A program made the translations under genes and the position numbers. Positions 28,907 through 37,806 of a DNA stretch of 64,000 nucleotides are shown one piece after another; within the stretch, counting starts at the first letter, position 1, and the number at the start of each line of letters is the position of its first letter. The DNA comes from Candidatus Bathyarchaeota archaeon. GTDB lineage: Archaea > Thermoproteota > Bathyarchaeia > Bathyarchaeales > Bathycorpusculaceae. The notes under the pieces were generated by a model that did no database searches, had not been told where the DNA came from, and was given only the letters and a program-made list of their open reading frames with translations. The DNA lies in the NCBI GenBank assembly GCA_963775465.1, contig CAVZIW010000004.1, positions 96,001 through 160,000 on the forward strand, given 5' to 3'.

Positions 28907-29827
28907 ATGCGTAGATTTTTTCTGTATCTGTTGATTACGATTTTAGTGTCCACTCTGGTGGTAAGCAACTGCAGAGTGATGGGACAGAGTCAAGATACAT
29001 ATTCTGTTCAACTTCAGGGTTGGGTTTGGAACCATACAGCACTCCAAGTTTTAGTCATAAATTCTGTAAACGAATCTTGGTGGGATCCCAATTATCTTAA
29101 TGCAACACTTCGCGCCATTGGTCAATGGAACGATGCCTTCTCAGCGTTCGCGGAGAATTATTCAGATTTCTCTTACCTGTCGAGCCTAAAAATTGAGGAA
29201 ATTGTTGCTAGTGAAAATATGCCTGGGTTTGATATTTATGTTAATTGGACGCAGTTTCCGCTGAGCAACACTTCTAACGAGGTGGGCTTGTCCACGCTTT
29301 ATCCAAGGCGCGACAGCACCATTAATTATAGCACGATCAACCTCGCCACCCATACCATGCATGGAGATGCTTTAAGTGTGGGTGATATGCAAAACATCGC
29401 TCTTCACGAATTTGGACACAGTTTAGGGCTTGGTCATAGTAATTATGCTGGCGATTTAATGTATGCAAGCTACTCCATGAGTAGCGCTGCAGAATCAATT
29501 TCGACACTTGACGCTTATGGTATAGCAACATTGTTTGCTTGGAAAATAGAGCCTTCAAGTTTTTATCCTATTCGGAATTGGTTAGTTGCAAACTCGGCGG
29601 TTTTGCCTTCAGACATACCGTTTGAAGGGCTGCCTGTTTCCCAGCAAAATGTTAGCCCTCAAACAGCGGCTGAAAATCCTGTGATTCAAATTTTGGTATT
29701 GATGTTTGAGATTTTGATTCATCCAGAAGTTTTTTCGGTCGTTTTAGTGTTTATCATAGTTTTTGTGTTGATAGCGTTGATTCCGCGTAGAAAAAAATCT
29801 GCGGATACTACTATGGTTGGCTCATGA
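28907..29827 (+). CDS. Membrane-anchored matrixin-like (metzincin) metalloprotease
   Basis: Signal peptide, HEFGHSLGLGH, Met-turn DLMY, C-terminal TM. Confidence 0.88.
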   Translation: MRRFFLYLLITILVSTLVVSNCRVMGQSQDTYSVQLQGWVWNHTALQVLVINSVNESWWDPNYLNATLRAIGQWNDAFSAFAENYSDFSYLSSLKIEEIVASENMPGFDIYVNWTQFPLSNTSNEVGLSTLYPRRDSTINYSTINLATHTMHGDALSVGDMQNIALHEFGHSLGLGHSNYAGDLMYASYSMSSAAESISTLDAYGIATLFAWKIEPSSFYPIRNWLVANSAVLPSDIPFEGLPVSQQNVSPQTAAENPVIQILVLMFEILIHPEVFSVVLVFIIVFVLIALIPRRKKSADTTMVGS

Positions 29828-30425
29828 ATTCAATGAAGTCTGTGAGGGCTCTGGGCTGCAATGTATAGTTTGATGTTCTTTCTCGCCCAATCGTCGAGGT
29901 GGGGGTTGAACCGTAATCGTGCCCTGGATAGACTTCGATATTATCTTCTAGTTTTAGGATCTTATTAAAAAGACTATCATACATGCTTTTAGAGCTGCCG
30001 CCAGGCATGTCTGTTCTTCCGCATTCACCCACGAACAAAGTGTCACCAGTCAAAAGCTTCTGATTATCCACTAGTATGCAAATGCTATCAATTGTGTGTC
30101 CTGGAGTGTAAATGATTTTCAAAGGGATGGTTCCTACTTTTATAACATCACCATCTTCAACCCTTACATCGCAGTTTACTTTTGACAGCTTATGGGTGAC
30201 TATTTTTGCCCCGAAAATAGATTTTAGTTCTGTGTTGCCTGCAGTGTGGTCGGAGTGCCCATGTGTGTTGATGACGTATTTTAGTCGGAGATTTTGGGTT
30301 TTTAGGATTTTGATTATTTCGTCTGCGTTATAACTCGAATCAACGACTGCGGCTTCTTTTGTTTTTTCGTCGGCTATTAGGTAAGTGAAGTTGTCGCTGT
30401 GTTGTTGTATTTGGTTAAAAATCAT
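29811..30425 (-). CDS. MBL-fold metallo-hydrolase (glyoxalase II-like)
   Basis: THGHSDH, TPGHT, TGDTLF, YPGH. Confidence 0.9.
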   Translation of the reverse strand: MIFNQIQQHSDNFTYLIADEKTKEAAVVDSSYNADEIIKILKTQNLRLKYVINTHGHSDHTAGNTELKSIFGAKIVTHKLSKVNCDVRVEDGDVIKVGTIPLKIIYTPGHTIDSICILVDNQKLLTGDTLFVGECGRTDMPGGSSKSMYDSLFNKILKLEDNIEVYPGHDYGSTPTSTIGRERTSNYTLQPRALTDFIEFMSQP

Positions 30426-30438
30426 GTCTCAATTCACC

Positions 30439-30918
30439 TTATTTGTTTTTTCTTTGGGATAGCATTTTTTTAGCTAAATCTTGCCCTTTTTTGGTATAGA
30501 TCAGATTGATAATTTTGTTCCATTCAAAGCCTTCACGTGAGTTGTAGGTGGGGTATTCTTCTTGTGTGAACATAACTATTTTGTCTGCGTCGTATAGGGT
30601 CTTGAAAGGTTCGGAGGGATTAGTTGGGTGGTCATGGTGAGTGTGGATTATTTCGCAGACTTGCTTGACAAAAGAGTTTGGGCACCCCAATTTTTTTAGG
30701 ATTTCGGTTGCTATTTCGGGACCTTTTTCGTATTGGTCTTTTATGGTGCAGCCGCCTATGTCATGCAAAATAATCGCAGTGTATGTTAGATCTTGAAGTT
30801 CGGGTTTAACAGGAAAGTTTTTTTTGGCTATCTCAAGAACACGTTTTGTGTGTGAAACACCAAAATCGTTTTTTTCCAAAATTGGGGTAGCTAACTCTAA
30901 AACTTTTTTTAGATCCAA
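30439..30918 (-). CDS. HD-domain phosphohydrolase
   Basis: HTKRV...LHDIG...HH...YDADK. Confidence 0.82.
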   Translation of the reverse strand: MDLKKVLELATPILEKNDFGVSHTKRVLEIAKKNFPVKPELQDLTYTAIILHDIGGCTIKDQYEKGPEIATEILKKLGCPNSFVKQVCEIIHTHHDHPTNPSEPFKTLYDADKIVMFTQEEYPTYNSREGFEWNKIINLIYTKKGQDLAKKMLSQRKNK

Positions 30919-30984
30919 TTAATCACCTGTGGGCTTTTATTCTAGCTATTTTAGTTGCCTAAATTTGTTTCCGAGCCTAAATGT

Positions 30985-31731
30985 TTAGGAGTCTAAATAG
31001 CTTTTAAGATAACCAACGTCTGAAGGCGGAAATCCAGAGAAGTATTTTCCAAAGTATCCATAAACAATCATTTGCTTATCTAAGAAAGAACCAAGTTTGT
31101 CAGCCCAAACCTTCAAGTCGTCTTTTCTGTCGACCTCTATTTTGCCTAAGGTTCCGTTCACTTTTTTTCGGTTTCCTTCCCATCGCAAATACAGAAAATC
31201 TGCAGTTACTTCTTTATTTTGAAGCGATAAAGGACCATCTGCCCATGCTAAAGCAACGCCGATAGCCGACAAGGCAGAATAAAAATCCTTATTGAGCCAA
31301 CTTTTATTTCTGACCTCAACTACGTAACGGCGGGGTTTCGGGAGACGCTGTAAATAATCTGTTAGATCGGGTAGGCGTTTAGCAGTAAAGTTGGGTGGAA
31401 ACTGGAGCAGTAGAGGACCAAGTTTTTCTTCCAGTAAATTTGCTCTTTGAAGAAAAATTCTGGTTTCGTTGTGGCAGTCTTTGAGCTTCTTAACGTGGGT
31501 TATTATCTGAGGGAACTTTAGGGCAAACCTAAAGTTTGGAGGTGTTTGTTGTTTCCAGTTGGTTACTGTTTTTTCAGTGGGGATACGGTAGAATGTGCTG
31601 TCTATTTCCACGGTGTTAAATTTTGAGGAATAATAGTTCAGGTAGTTTTTGGAAGCTGTTTTGTTAGGATAAAAGGTGTCTTTCCAGAAATCGTAGCTAA
31701 AACCGATTGTGCCCAAATACAAGTTTGGCAT
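30985..31731 (-). CDS. DUF72 (YecE-like) protein
   Basis: GTIGFSY, FNTVEIDSTFYRIP, KFPQIITH, LLQFPP, VEVRNKSW, YLRW. Confidence 0.9.
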   Translation of the reverse strand: MPNLYLGTIGFSYDFWKDTFYPNKTASKNYLNYYSSKFNTVEIDSTFYRIPTEKTVTNWKQQTPPNFRFALKFPQIITHVKKLKDCHNETRIFLQRANLLEEKLGPLLLQFPPNFTAKRLPDLTDYLQRLPKPRRYVVEVRNKSWLNKDFYSALSAIGVALAWADGPLSLQNKEVTADFLYLRWEGNRKKVNGTLGKIEVDRKDDLKVWADKLGSFLDKQMIVYGYFGKYFSGFPPSDVGYLKSYLDS

Positions 31732-31735
31732 ATCT

Positions 31736-33154
31736 CTATTTTCCTTTCAACAAAAGCCAGTCTTTGTCGCCTGCCCGTTTTAGCCTCACTAGAATGTAGC
31801 GTCCTTTAAGGCGATTGCCGTCGAGTGTGACTTCAATCTTGTCATTTTCCCAAAGCTTTGGTTCATAATAGCCTTTGTCCCAAATCTTTACTGTTCCAGC
31901 GCCATACTGCCCTTTTGGAATTTCCCCTTCGAAACTTGCATAGTCGTATGGGTGATCTTCGACTTCCACTGCTAAGACTTTCTGTCCAACTTCAGGGATA
32001 CCCTTTGGAACTGCCCAACTCTTCAAGACACCATCTTTTTCTAGTCGCAGATCATAATGGAGTCTTCGTGCATGGTGTTCTTGGATAACAAAGATTAGTT
32101 TGCCTTTCTTTTTTTCTATGGAGGCTTTTGGTTCGGGGGTTTCTTCAAAACGGCGTTTTGAGGCGTATTCTGATAGTGGTGTTGAGTTTGTGTGACCAGT
32201 TTTTTTGTTTTCCACAATCTGGTCGATTATGCATTCTGATGGCAGTTTATCGTCTCTTAGGCGTTTAAATCGTGCCATCCTCAACCTCATGTCCCGGGTT
32301 AAGACTTGATAGGCTACTTCGCAAACTAGCTTGGGTTCAAGCCAAGTAACTATATCGCCCGTTTCTGGTTTGAATGGAGCAACTTGTGTTTTTATTTTTT
32401 CAAATTTGTCAATTAAGAGTCTGATCATTTCCTGTGTGAAACCCGTTCCGACCTTCCCCAAATAAACGGGTTTGTTCCCGTCGTAAACCCCAATCAGGAG
32501 CGCTCCGAAGGTTGCGTTTCGGGATTTGCTGCCTTTTGAGTAGCCAAAGATTACGCAGTCACATGTTTTTAGTTTCTTTATTTTCAGCCAGCTCCCTGTC
32601 CGTAAAGCTTCCTCATACTCGCTATCCTTTCTTTTCGCCACAATCCCTTCCAAGCCCTTTGCCAAAGCGGATTCAAAGTAAGCTTCCCCTTTTTCCTCTA
32701 TAAAATCGCACAAGAGCACGTTAGCTCCTTCTTTCAACGAGTCCTTCAGAATTTCTTTGCGCTTCATCAAGGGCAGATTAGTGAGTGATTTTCCATCTTT
32801 TTCTAAAATGTCAAAAACGATGTAGACTGCAGGTAGTTTGCTTGAATGCCTTTGGATTTCAAGTTTGGAAACTGCTGCCCCACGCTCCAGCAGAGATTGG
32901 AAGTCGGGTTTGCCTTCACGCATGACAATGATTTCCCCGTCGACCACAATGTTACTGGCAAGCTTTTTTAGTTCTATAAGTTCGGGAAAGCTTTGTTTTA
33001 GCTCTTTCATGTTTCGGCTCTTGAGGCTAAAGGGTTCTTCAATGTAGGCGATTGCCCTAAATCCGTCCCATTTTACCTCAAAAATCCAGTCTTTATTCGA
33101 AAAAGCTTTCTCGGCAACCTTTGCAAGCATCGGGCGGTAGTTGTGGCGACTCAT
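31736..33154 (-). CDS. ligD: NHEJ ATP-dependent DNA ligase (LigD LIG domain) fused to a C-terminal 3'-phosphoesterase (PE) domain
   Basis: EVKWDGFR, VDGEI, VFDIL, EGIVAK, WLKIK and GKVGTGF; then EYASKRRFEETPEP, FVIQEHHARRLHYDLRLE, SWAVPKG, VEDHP and GTVKIWD. Confidence 0.92.
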   Translation of the reverse strand: MSRHNYRPMLAKVAEKAFSNKDWIFEVKWDGFRAIAYIEEPFSLKSRNMKELKQSFPELIELKKLASNIVVDGEIIVMREGKPDFQSLLERGAAVSKLEIQRHSSKLPAVYIVFDILEKDGKSLTNLPLMKRKEILKDSLKEGANVLLCDFIEEKGEAYFESALAKGLEGIVAKRKDSEYEEALRTGSWLKIKKLKTCDCVIFGYSKGSKSRNATFGALLIGVYDGNKPVYLGKVGTGFTQEMIRLLIDKFEKIKTQVAPFKPETGDIVTWLEPKLVCEVAYQVLTRDMRLRMARFKRLRDDKLPSECIIDQIVENKKTGHTNSTPLSEYASKRRFEETPEPKASIEKKKGKLIFVIQEHHARRLHYDLRLEKDGVLKSWAVPKGIPEVGQKVLAVEVEDHPYDYASFEGEIPKGQYGAGTVKIWDKGYYEPKLWENDKIEVTLDGNRLKGRYILVRLKRAGDKDWLLLKGK

Positions 33155-34008
33155 TTCTGCTCCAACTGCTTGAGGGTGTCACGTAGAGCAACCATAAGAC
33201 TCTTCGCTTCGACTTCTGGAGGCTTCTCGATGTGGATTTTTTCGCCTTTCACCTTTTGCTTAACCAGTTCTTGGACGCGTTTCATGTAGGTGTCTTCGAA
33301 TTCTGTTATGTCAAATTCGCCTGAGAGGTCAGATACGATTTTAACTGCAAGATCTAACTCTGTTTTCTGTGGAGTCTCGAGTTTGTGTAAGGGTTCAAAG
33401 TCTGTAGGGTCTACGACGTCGTAGGCGTAGCGGAGTGTTGTTATGACTAGAGCGCCTTTGTAGGTGTGTAGTAATGCGGGGTATTCTTTGGTTCGTAGGG
33501 TTATGCGGGCAGCACCTGCTTTGTTTGTTTTTTCTAATGCGTTAAATAGTAGACTGTAGGCGTCTTTGCTTTTGTCAGGTAACAAAGCGTAGGTTCGGTC
33601 AAAATAGACGGGATCTACTGAAAAGTAATCTACAAACTTGCTGATTCGGATGCGCCTGTCCGATTCGGGTTTGGCGGCGTTGAGTTCTTTTTGGTCAAAG
33701 GTTATGTATTCGTTTTTGGCGACTTCGTAGCCGCGGACAACTTCATTCCAAGGGACAATCTTGTCGTCTTTAGTGCACATTTTAACGTATTTTAAGGGTT
33801 GACCATCGACCTTATGCAAAAAATGAAACGATATACCCTTGTCATAAATCATCGAAAATAACTTAACAGGCACATTTACTAAGCCGATGGTGATGTTTCC
33901 CGACCAAATAGACCTGCTTGGGGCGGGCGCACTGGTTTTTTCTGTTTCGGATCGCTCCGAGTTTTTTGTTTGTTCTTCTTGCTCTGAACCCAAAAGATAT
34001 CTCTCCAA
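33151..34008 (-). CDS. ku: Prokaryotic Ku protein
   Basis: RSIWSGNITIGLVNVPVKL, VRGYEV, DPVYFDRTY and C-terminal SLMVALRDTL helix; exact start uncertain. Confidence 0.93.
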   Translation of the reverse strand: MERYLLGSEQEEQTKNSERSETEKTSAPAPSRSIWSGNITIGLVNVPVKLFSMIYDKGISFHFLHKVDGQPLKYVKMCTKDDKIVPWNEVVRGYEVAKNEYITFDQKELNAAKPESDRRIRISKFVDYFSVDPVYFDRTYALLPDKSKDAYSLLFNALEKTNKAGAARITLRTKEYPALLHTYKGALVITTLRYAYDVVDPTDFEPLHKLETPQKTELDLAVKIVSDLSGEFDITEFEDTYMKRVQELVKQKVKGEKIHIEKPPEVEAKSLMVALRDTLKQLEQK

Positions 34009-34118
34009 AAATCTTAAAAATCAAGCACTAGATCTATACGTTTTCAAGGTTTTAACCTTTTTCAAAACAGGAAGAAGATTATAGAAAAAGCAGTTCTGTC
34101 CCTATTTTCATGAGCAGT

Positions 34119-35327
34119 TTATTTTTTCTTTTTTGGTTGCTTCATATTGTTAGCTTTAAAGGCAGCCAATGCGGCTTCTGCTTTTGGACCGCCTAATTCT
34201 TTTGCGACTTCTTTGAGTTTTTCAGGTATGTTTATGCCTTGTGGACACCGCACCATACATTGTTTGCAGTCTTTGCATAGAGCTGCATCCGCGCGAATAC
34301 CGGTCAATCCGCCCATCAAAAACATGGCGTACATGCCACGAGCCTGCTGTTCATCGCCTGAAATGTAGAGGTCATTGTAGGCTTGAAAGTTTCGGGGGAT
34401 GCTAACGCCATTGGGGCAGGGCATGCAATATTGGCATCCTGTGCAGGGTACTTTGAGTAGTTTGCGATATGCATCGGAGACAGATTTTATCACTTTGAGT
34501 TCATTTGGATTCATGGAGCTGGGCAATGCGGATTCAGCAGTTTTGATGTTTTCGAGTATTTGCTTTTCCTGGTTCATCCCTGACAAAACGAGGGTTACTT
34601 CAGGATGATTCCAAACCCATCGCAGCCCCCATTCAGCAGGAGTCCGCTTAATTGGCACTGCATCGTAGATTTTTTGGGCTTCAACTGGCAATTTGTTGGC
34701 TAAGCTGCCGCCTCGCAACGGCTCCATAACCATAACCGCGAGTTTTTTGGAAGCCGCATACTTTAGGCCTTCAGTGCCAGCCTGTAATTTCTCGTCAAGA
34801 AAGTTGTATTGGATTTGGCACATAGTCCAATCGTTGGCTTCTATGATTTCTTTGAAGGTTGAAATGGAACCGTGGAATGAGAAGCCCATGTTAGCGATTT
34901 TGCCTTCTTTTTTGGCTTTTTCAAGGAATTTTAGAGCTCCGAACCTTTGCATTTTTTTCCAGAACTCTGCCTCAAGTCCATGCAGCAGGTAATAGTCTAT
35001 GTGGTCGGTTTGGAGTTTTTGAAGCTGTGTATTTAACATTTTTTCCATATCTTCAGCTTTATGAAGCATGAAGGGTGTAAGTTTAGTGGCGATTTTTACT
35101 TTGTTTCGGTAACCGTCAAGTAACGCTTTTCCCAGTATTTTTTCGCTTTCGCCCATATGGTAGGGTGGAGCAGAATCAACATAGTTTACGCCGTTTTCTA
35201 TGGCTAAGCGGATTTGTTTGATGGCGCGTTCTTCATCAACAACTTGTTCTTTCATGGGGAGACGCATACATCCGAATCCGAGAACAGATAGTTTGTCGCC
35301 GTTTTTTGGAACAATCCTGTATTGCAT
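34119..35327 (-). CDS. Aldo/keto reductase with C-terminal 4Fe-4S dicluster domain
   Basis: LGFGCMRLP, DYYLLH, VMEPLRGG; CTGCQYCMPCP and CKDCKQCMVRCP. Confidence 0.9.
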   Translation of the reverse strand: MQYRIVPKNGDKLSVLGFGCMRLPMKEQVVDEERAIKQIRLAIENGVNYVDSAPPYHMGESEKILGKALLDGYRNKVKIATKLTPFMLHKAEDMEKMLNTQLQKLQTDHIDYYLLHGLEAEFWKKMQRFGALKFLEKAKKEGKIANMGFSFHGSISTFKEIIEANDWTMCQIQYNFLDEKLQAGTEGLKYAASKKLAVMVMEPLRGGSLANKLPVEAQKIYDAVPIKRTPAEWGLRWVWNHPEVTLVLSGMNQEKQILENIKTAESALPSSMNPNELKVIKSVSDAYRKLLKVPCTGCQYCMPCPNGVSIPRNFQAYNDLYISGDEQQARGMYAMFLMGGLTGIRADAALCKDCKQCMVRCPQGINIPEKLKEVAKELGGPKAEAALAAFKANNMKQPKKKK

Positions 35328-35361
35328 ATTCTACACTCCGTCTAACCAAAAACACATTTTA

Positions 35362-35377
35362 TTGACTGAGTAGTCAA
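35362..35377. promoter_or_regulatory. Palindromic operator candidate TTGACT-N4-AGTCAA upstream of the aldo/keto reductase
   Basis: Perfect 6-bp arms ~35 nt upstream of the ATG, next to an AT-rich TATA-like box. Confidence 0.45.
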
Positions 35378-35426
35378 CATAAAATATTTTTACCTTTAAA
35401 CCTTACCGAATCTACTTGCGAAAATC

Positions 35427-36299
35427 TTAAATTTTCAGTTTGCATTTTTTCTCAAAAATATCTTTCCACGGATTACTATTCCGCTTGGCTACACTAAAAA
35501 TAGTGTAATCAGAAGGAGTTATGCCTTTTTTTACTTCGCTCCATTCCATCGGCGTAGAAACTGTTGCGTTTGGAGTAGACCTCAAACTATATGGTATTAC
35601 CATGGTTCGCATCGGAGAATTCTGAAGGTAATCAGCGAAAACTTTTCCCGGCTTTTTGGTATCTTTGAATTCGGAAACAACCAAATCGTTTTCTTTAGCT
35701 AATTCGATTCCTATGCTGTGAACGAAAGCGCGGGTTTTCTCAAACGAGTGTTCAGGAAAGATGGGGATCACAACATGCAAGCCTTTTTTGCCTGAAGTTT
35801 TGACAAAGGGTGTTAGCCCAAGCTCTAAGAGTTTGTCTTTTAGAAGCAAAGCAACTTCGGCTGCGTCACTTAATGTTGCAGGCGGTTCAGGGTCAACGTC
35901 AAAAAAGAGCAGGTCTGGTTTGTTCAAGTCTTCCGTAGTGGAAAATGGCATGTGAATTTCGATTGAAGCCAAGTTTGCAAGCCAGATTAAGGTGTCTAGG
36001 TCATTGCAAACTATGTAGGCTACGTCTCGTTTGGATGCTGGAGAATAGATGCTTTTGGTTTTTACCCATTTTGGTGTGCCTTGGGGAGCGTTCTTTTCGT
36101 AAAAGCTTACTTTTTTGTGATCTACTCCATCGGGATAACGAGTTAAAACTAGAGGTCGATTAGCGATGATTGGAAGAATTTTTGGAGCCATTTTGATATA
36201 GTGTTCGATTACTTGGGCCTTGGTTACTTTGATTTCTGGGTAGAATGTTTTATTCAAGTTTTTTAAGCCAACTTTAGTTAAGTGTTTGAGTTCTTCCAT
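35427..36299 (-). CDS. NHEJ primase-polymerase (LigD POL domain), stand-alone
   Basis: LKNLNKTFYP, LTRYPDG, FYEKNAP, FDVDP, KTSGKKGLHV, DYLQN, PYSLR, VSTPMEW. Confidence 0.92.
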   Translation of the reverse strand: MEELKHLTKVGLKNLNKTFYPEIKVTKAQVIEHYIKMAPKILPIIANRPLVLTRYPDGVDHKKVSFYEKNAPQGTPKWVKTKSIYSPASKRDVAYIVCNDLDTLIWLANLASIEIHMPFSTTEDLNKPDLLFFDVDPEPPATLSDAAEVALLLKDKLLELGLTPFVKTSGKKGLHVVIPIFPEHSFEKTRAFVHSIGIELAKENDLVVSEFKDTKKPGKVFADYLQNSPMRTMVIPYSLRSTPNATVSTPMEWSEVKKGITPSDYTIFSVAKRNSNPWKDIFEKKCKLKI

Positions 36300-36558
36300 A
36301 AGGTGCGCTCCAAAAATTGGGGTTTAGAATATTTTATGTGCAGTCAACTTCTTTTGCTTTTTGGAGAAAAAATTCTGTAAAAGTGTATAAAAGTAATCTT
36401 TTCCTTACAAAAAGTGTTTTTTTTACAGTTACATCTATATACTCAGCACAATAGTATTAAATTGCAGAATTTAATCAAGAAAAAGTAAATTTTACTAGCT
36501 ACAGTTTGCTTTTTTCGAGATGATTCGCTAAAAATAAATGGAGAAATAAGATAACATT

Positions 36559-37182
36559 ATGAAACCAAAAAAGCCGACCTTAGAAGATCAACTCGCATTT
36601 ATCTCAGCCCAAAACGATATTTATCCAACTGAGCTCTTCCAAGCTTTAGTTTCATCAAAAGAAGAAGGCAAAACAGCAGTAGCAAACTTAACAATAGAAT
36701 ATAGAGGAAACATTAACGATCAAGCTATCTTCCTCATAAAGAAAGACGACAAAGTCGTTGCACAATTCAGAGTCCCAGAAGAAACACTATCAAGAAAAGA
36801 CGTTTCTTTTGACAACTGGATGGATACAAGCAGGATACGCAAAGAAATCGCCAAACAAAACCCATTGCCCTCGCATCTAAAAATCGAGGATTTGCGGGTT
36901 GGAATGAAAAAAATAAACTTAAACCTGGAAGTTTTAGAGACCGCCGAACCAGCAAGGGTTCACACTCAGTTTAGGGACAATGCAATCGTTTCAAATGCAG
37001 TTGTTGGAGATGAAACTGGAAAGATTCTGTTGTGCCTCTGGGATCAACAAATTAACTCTGTTGCTACAGGCGATTTCATAGAGGTCAAAAATGCACACGT
37101 TGCCATGTTTAAAGGCGAAAAACAATTGCGACTGGGCAAAAACGGAACAATCACTGTTCTTGAAAAACCACTCAGCAACTAA
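36559..37182 (+). CDS. OB-fold ssDNA-binding (SSB/RPA-like) protein with N-terminal extension
   Basis: C-terminal KIEDLRVGMKKINL...VGDETGKILLCLWD...VKNAHV..FKGEKQL single OB fold. Confidence 0.8.
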   Translation: MKPKKPTLEDQLAFISAQNDIYPTELFQALVSSKEEGKTAVANLTIEYRGNINDQAIFLIKKDDKVVAQFRVPEETLSRKDVSFDNWMDTSRIRKEIAKQNPLPSHLKIEDLRVGMKKINLNLEVLETAEPARVHTQFRDNAIVSNAVVGDETGKILLCLWDQQINSVATGDFIEVKNAHVAMFKGEKQLRLGKNGTITVLEKPLSN

Positions 37183-37360
37183 TCCAGCTTTCTTTTTTGA
37201 AGTTTTTTTGACTTAATCTTTTTAGTATTAAATAATTTGAAAGCAGCATAATCCTTTAGCTCTTGACAAAAAAAAGTACACGCAATGGACAACCGATTTT
37301 TTTGAAACTTTAACTTATTGCCTAAATAGAAGTGGGATTTTTGAAGTAAAAAAAGGAAGA

Positions 37361-37732
37361 TTAGACATATTTCTTGTCGTTATAGCAGTACCATCGTTGG
37401 TATTGAGGTATCCACGTTAATGGTTTGCCGCATGTTGGACATGTTGGTTGAGTTGTTTGTTCTTGTTGAGGGGCTTGAGTTTGTTGAAGGGGCTGATGAG
37501 TCCTAACAGATTCAGCTACTGGTTTTAAGACTATGAAATCGCAGGCAGCTTGAACCTCGTCCCAGCCAATGGTTTGAACTTCTCCGTCTTTTTTCTCAAT
37601 CGTTATTGAGATGCCCATTTTTCCAATGGCGAAAACGACGTCTTTGACTTTTCCAACTAATTGTCCTTTTGCGTTTATGACTTGCATAGAAATTAGTTCA
37701 TCGCGGGTTAATGGTTTGTCGGTTCCTTCCAT
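37361..37732 (-). CDS. PRC-barrel protein with Q-rich linker and C-terminal zinc ribbon
   Basis: MQVINAKGQLVGKVKDV PRC motif; CPTCGKPLTWIPQYQRWYC; start reassigned to MEGTDK at 37732. Confidence 0.72.
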   Translation of the reverse strand: MEGTDKPLTRDELISMQVINAKGQLVGKVKDVVFAIGKMGISITIEKKDGEVQTIGWDEVQAACDFIVLKPVAESVRTHQPLQQTQAPQQEQTTQPTCPTCGKPLTWIPQYQRWYCYNDKKYV

Positions 37733-37806
37733 TTCAGGTTCACTTCTGATCTGAATAGCTGTTTCTTGTTTAAAGTTTTTTCGTTTCTTGCTAGAACCAA
37801 ATTTGT

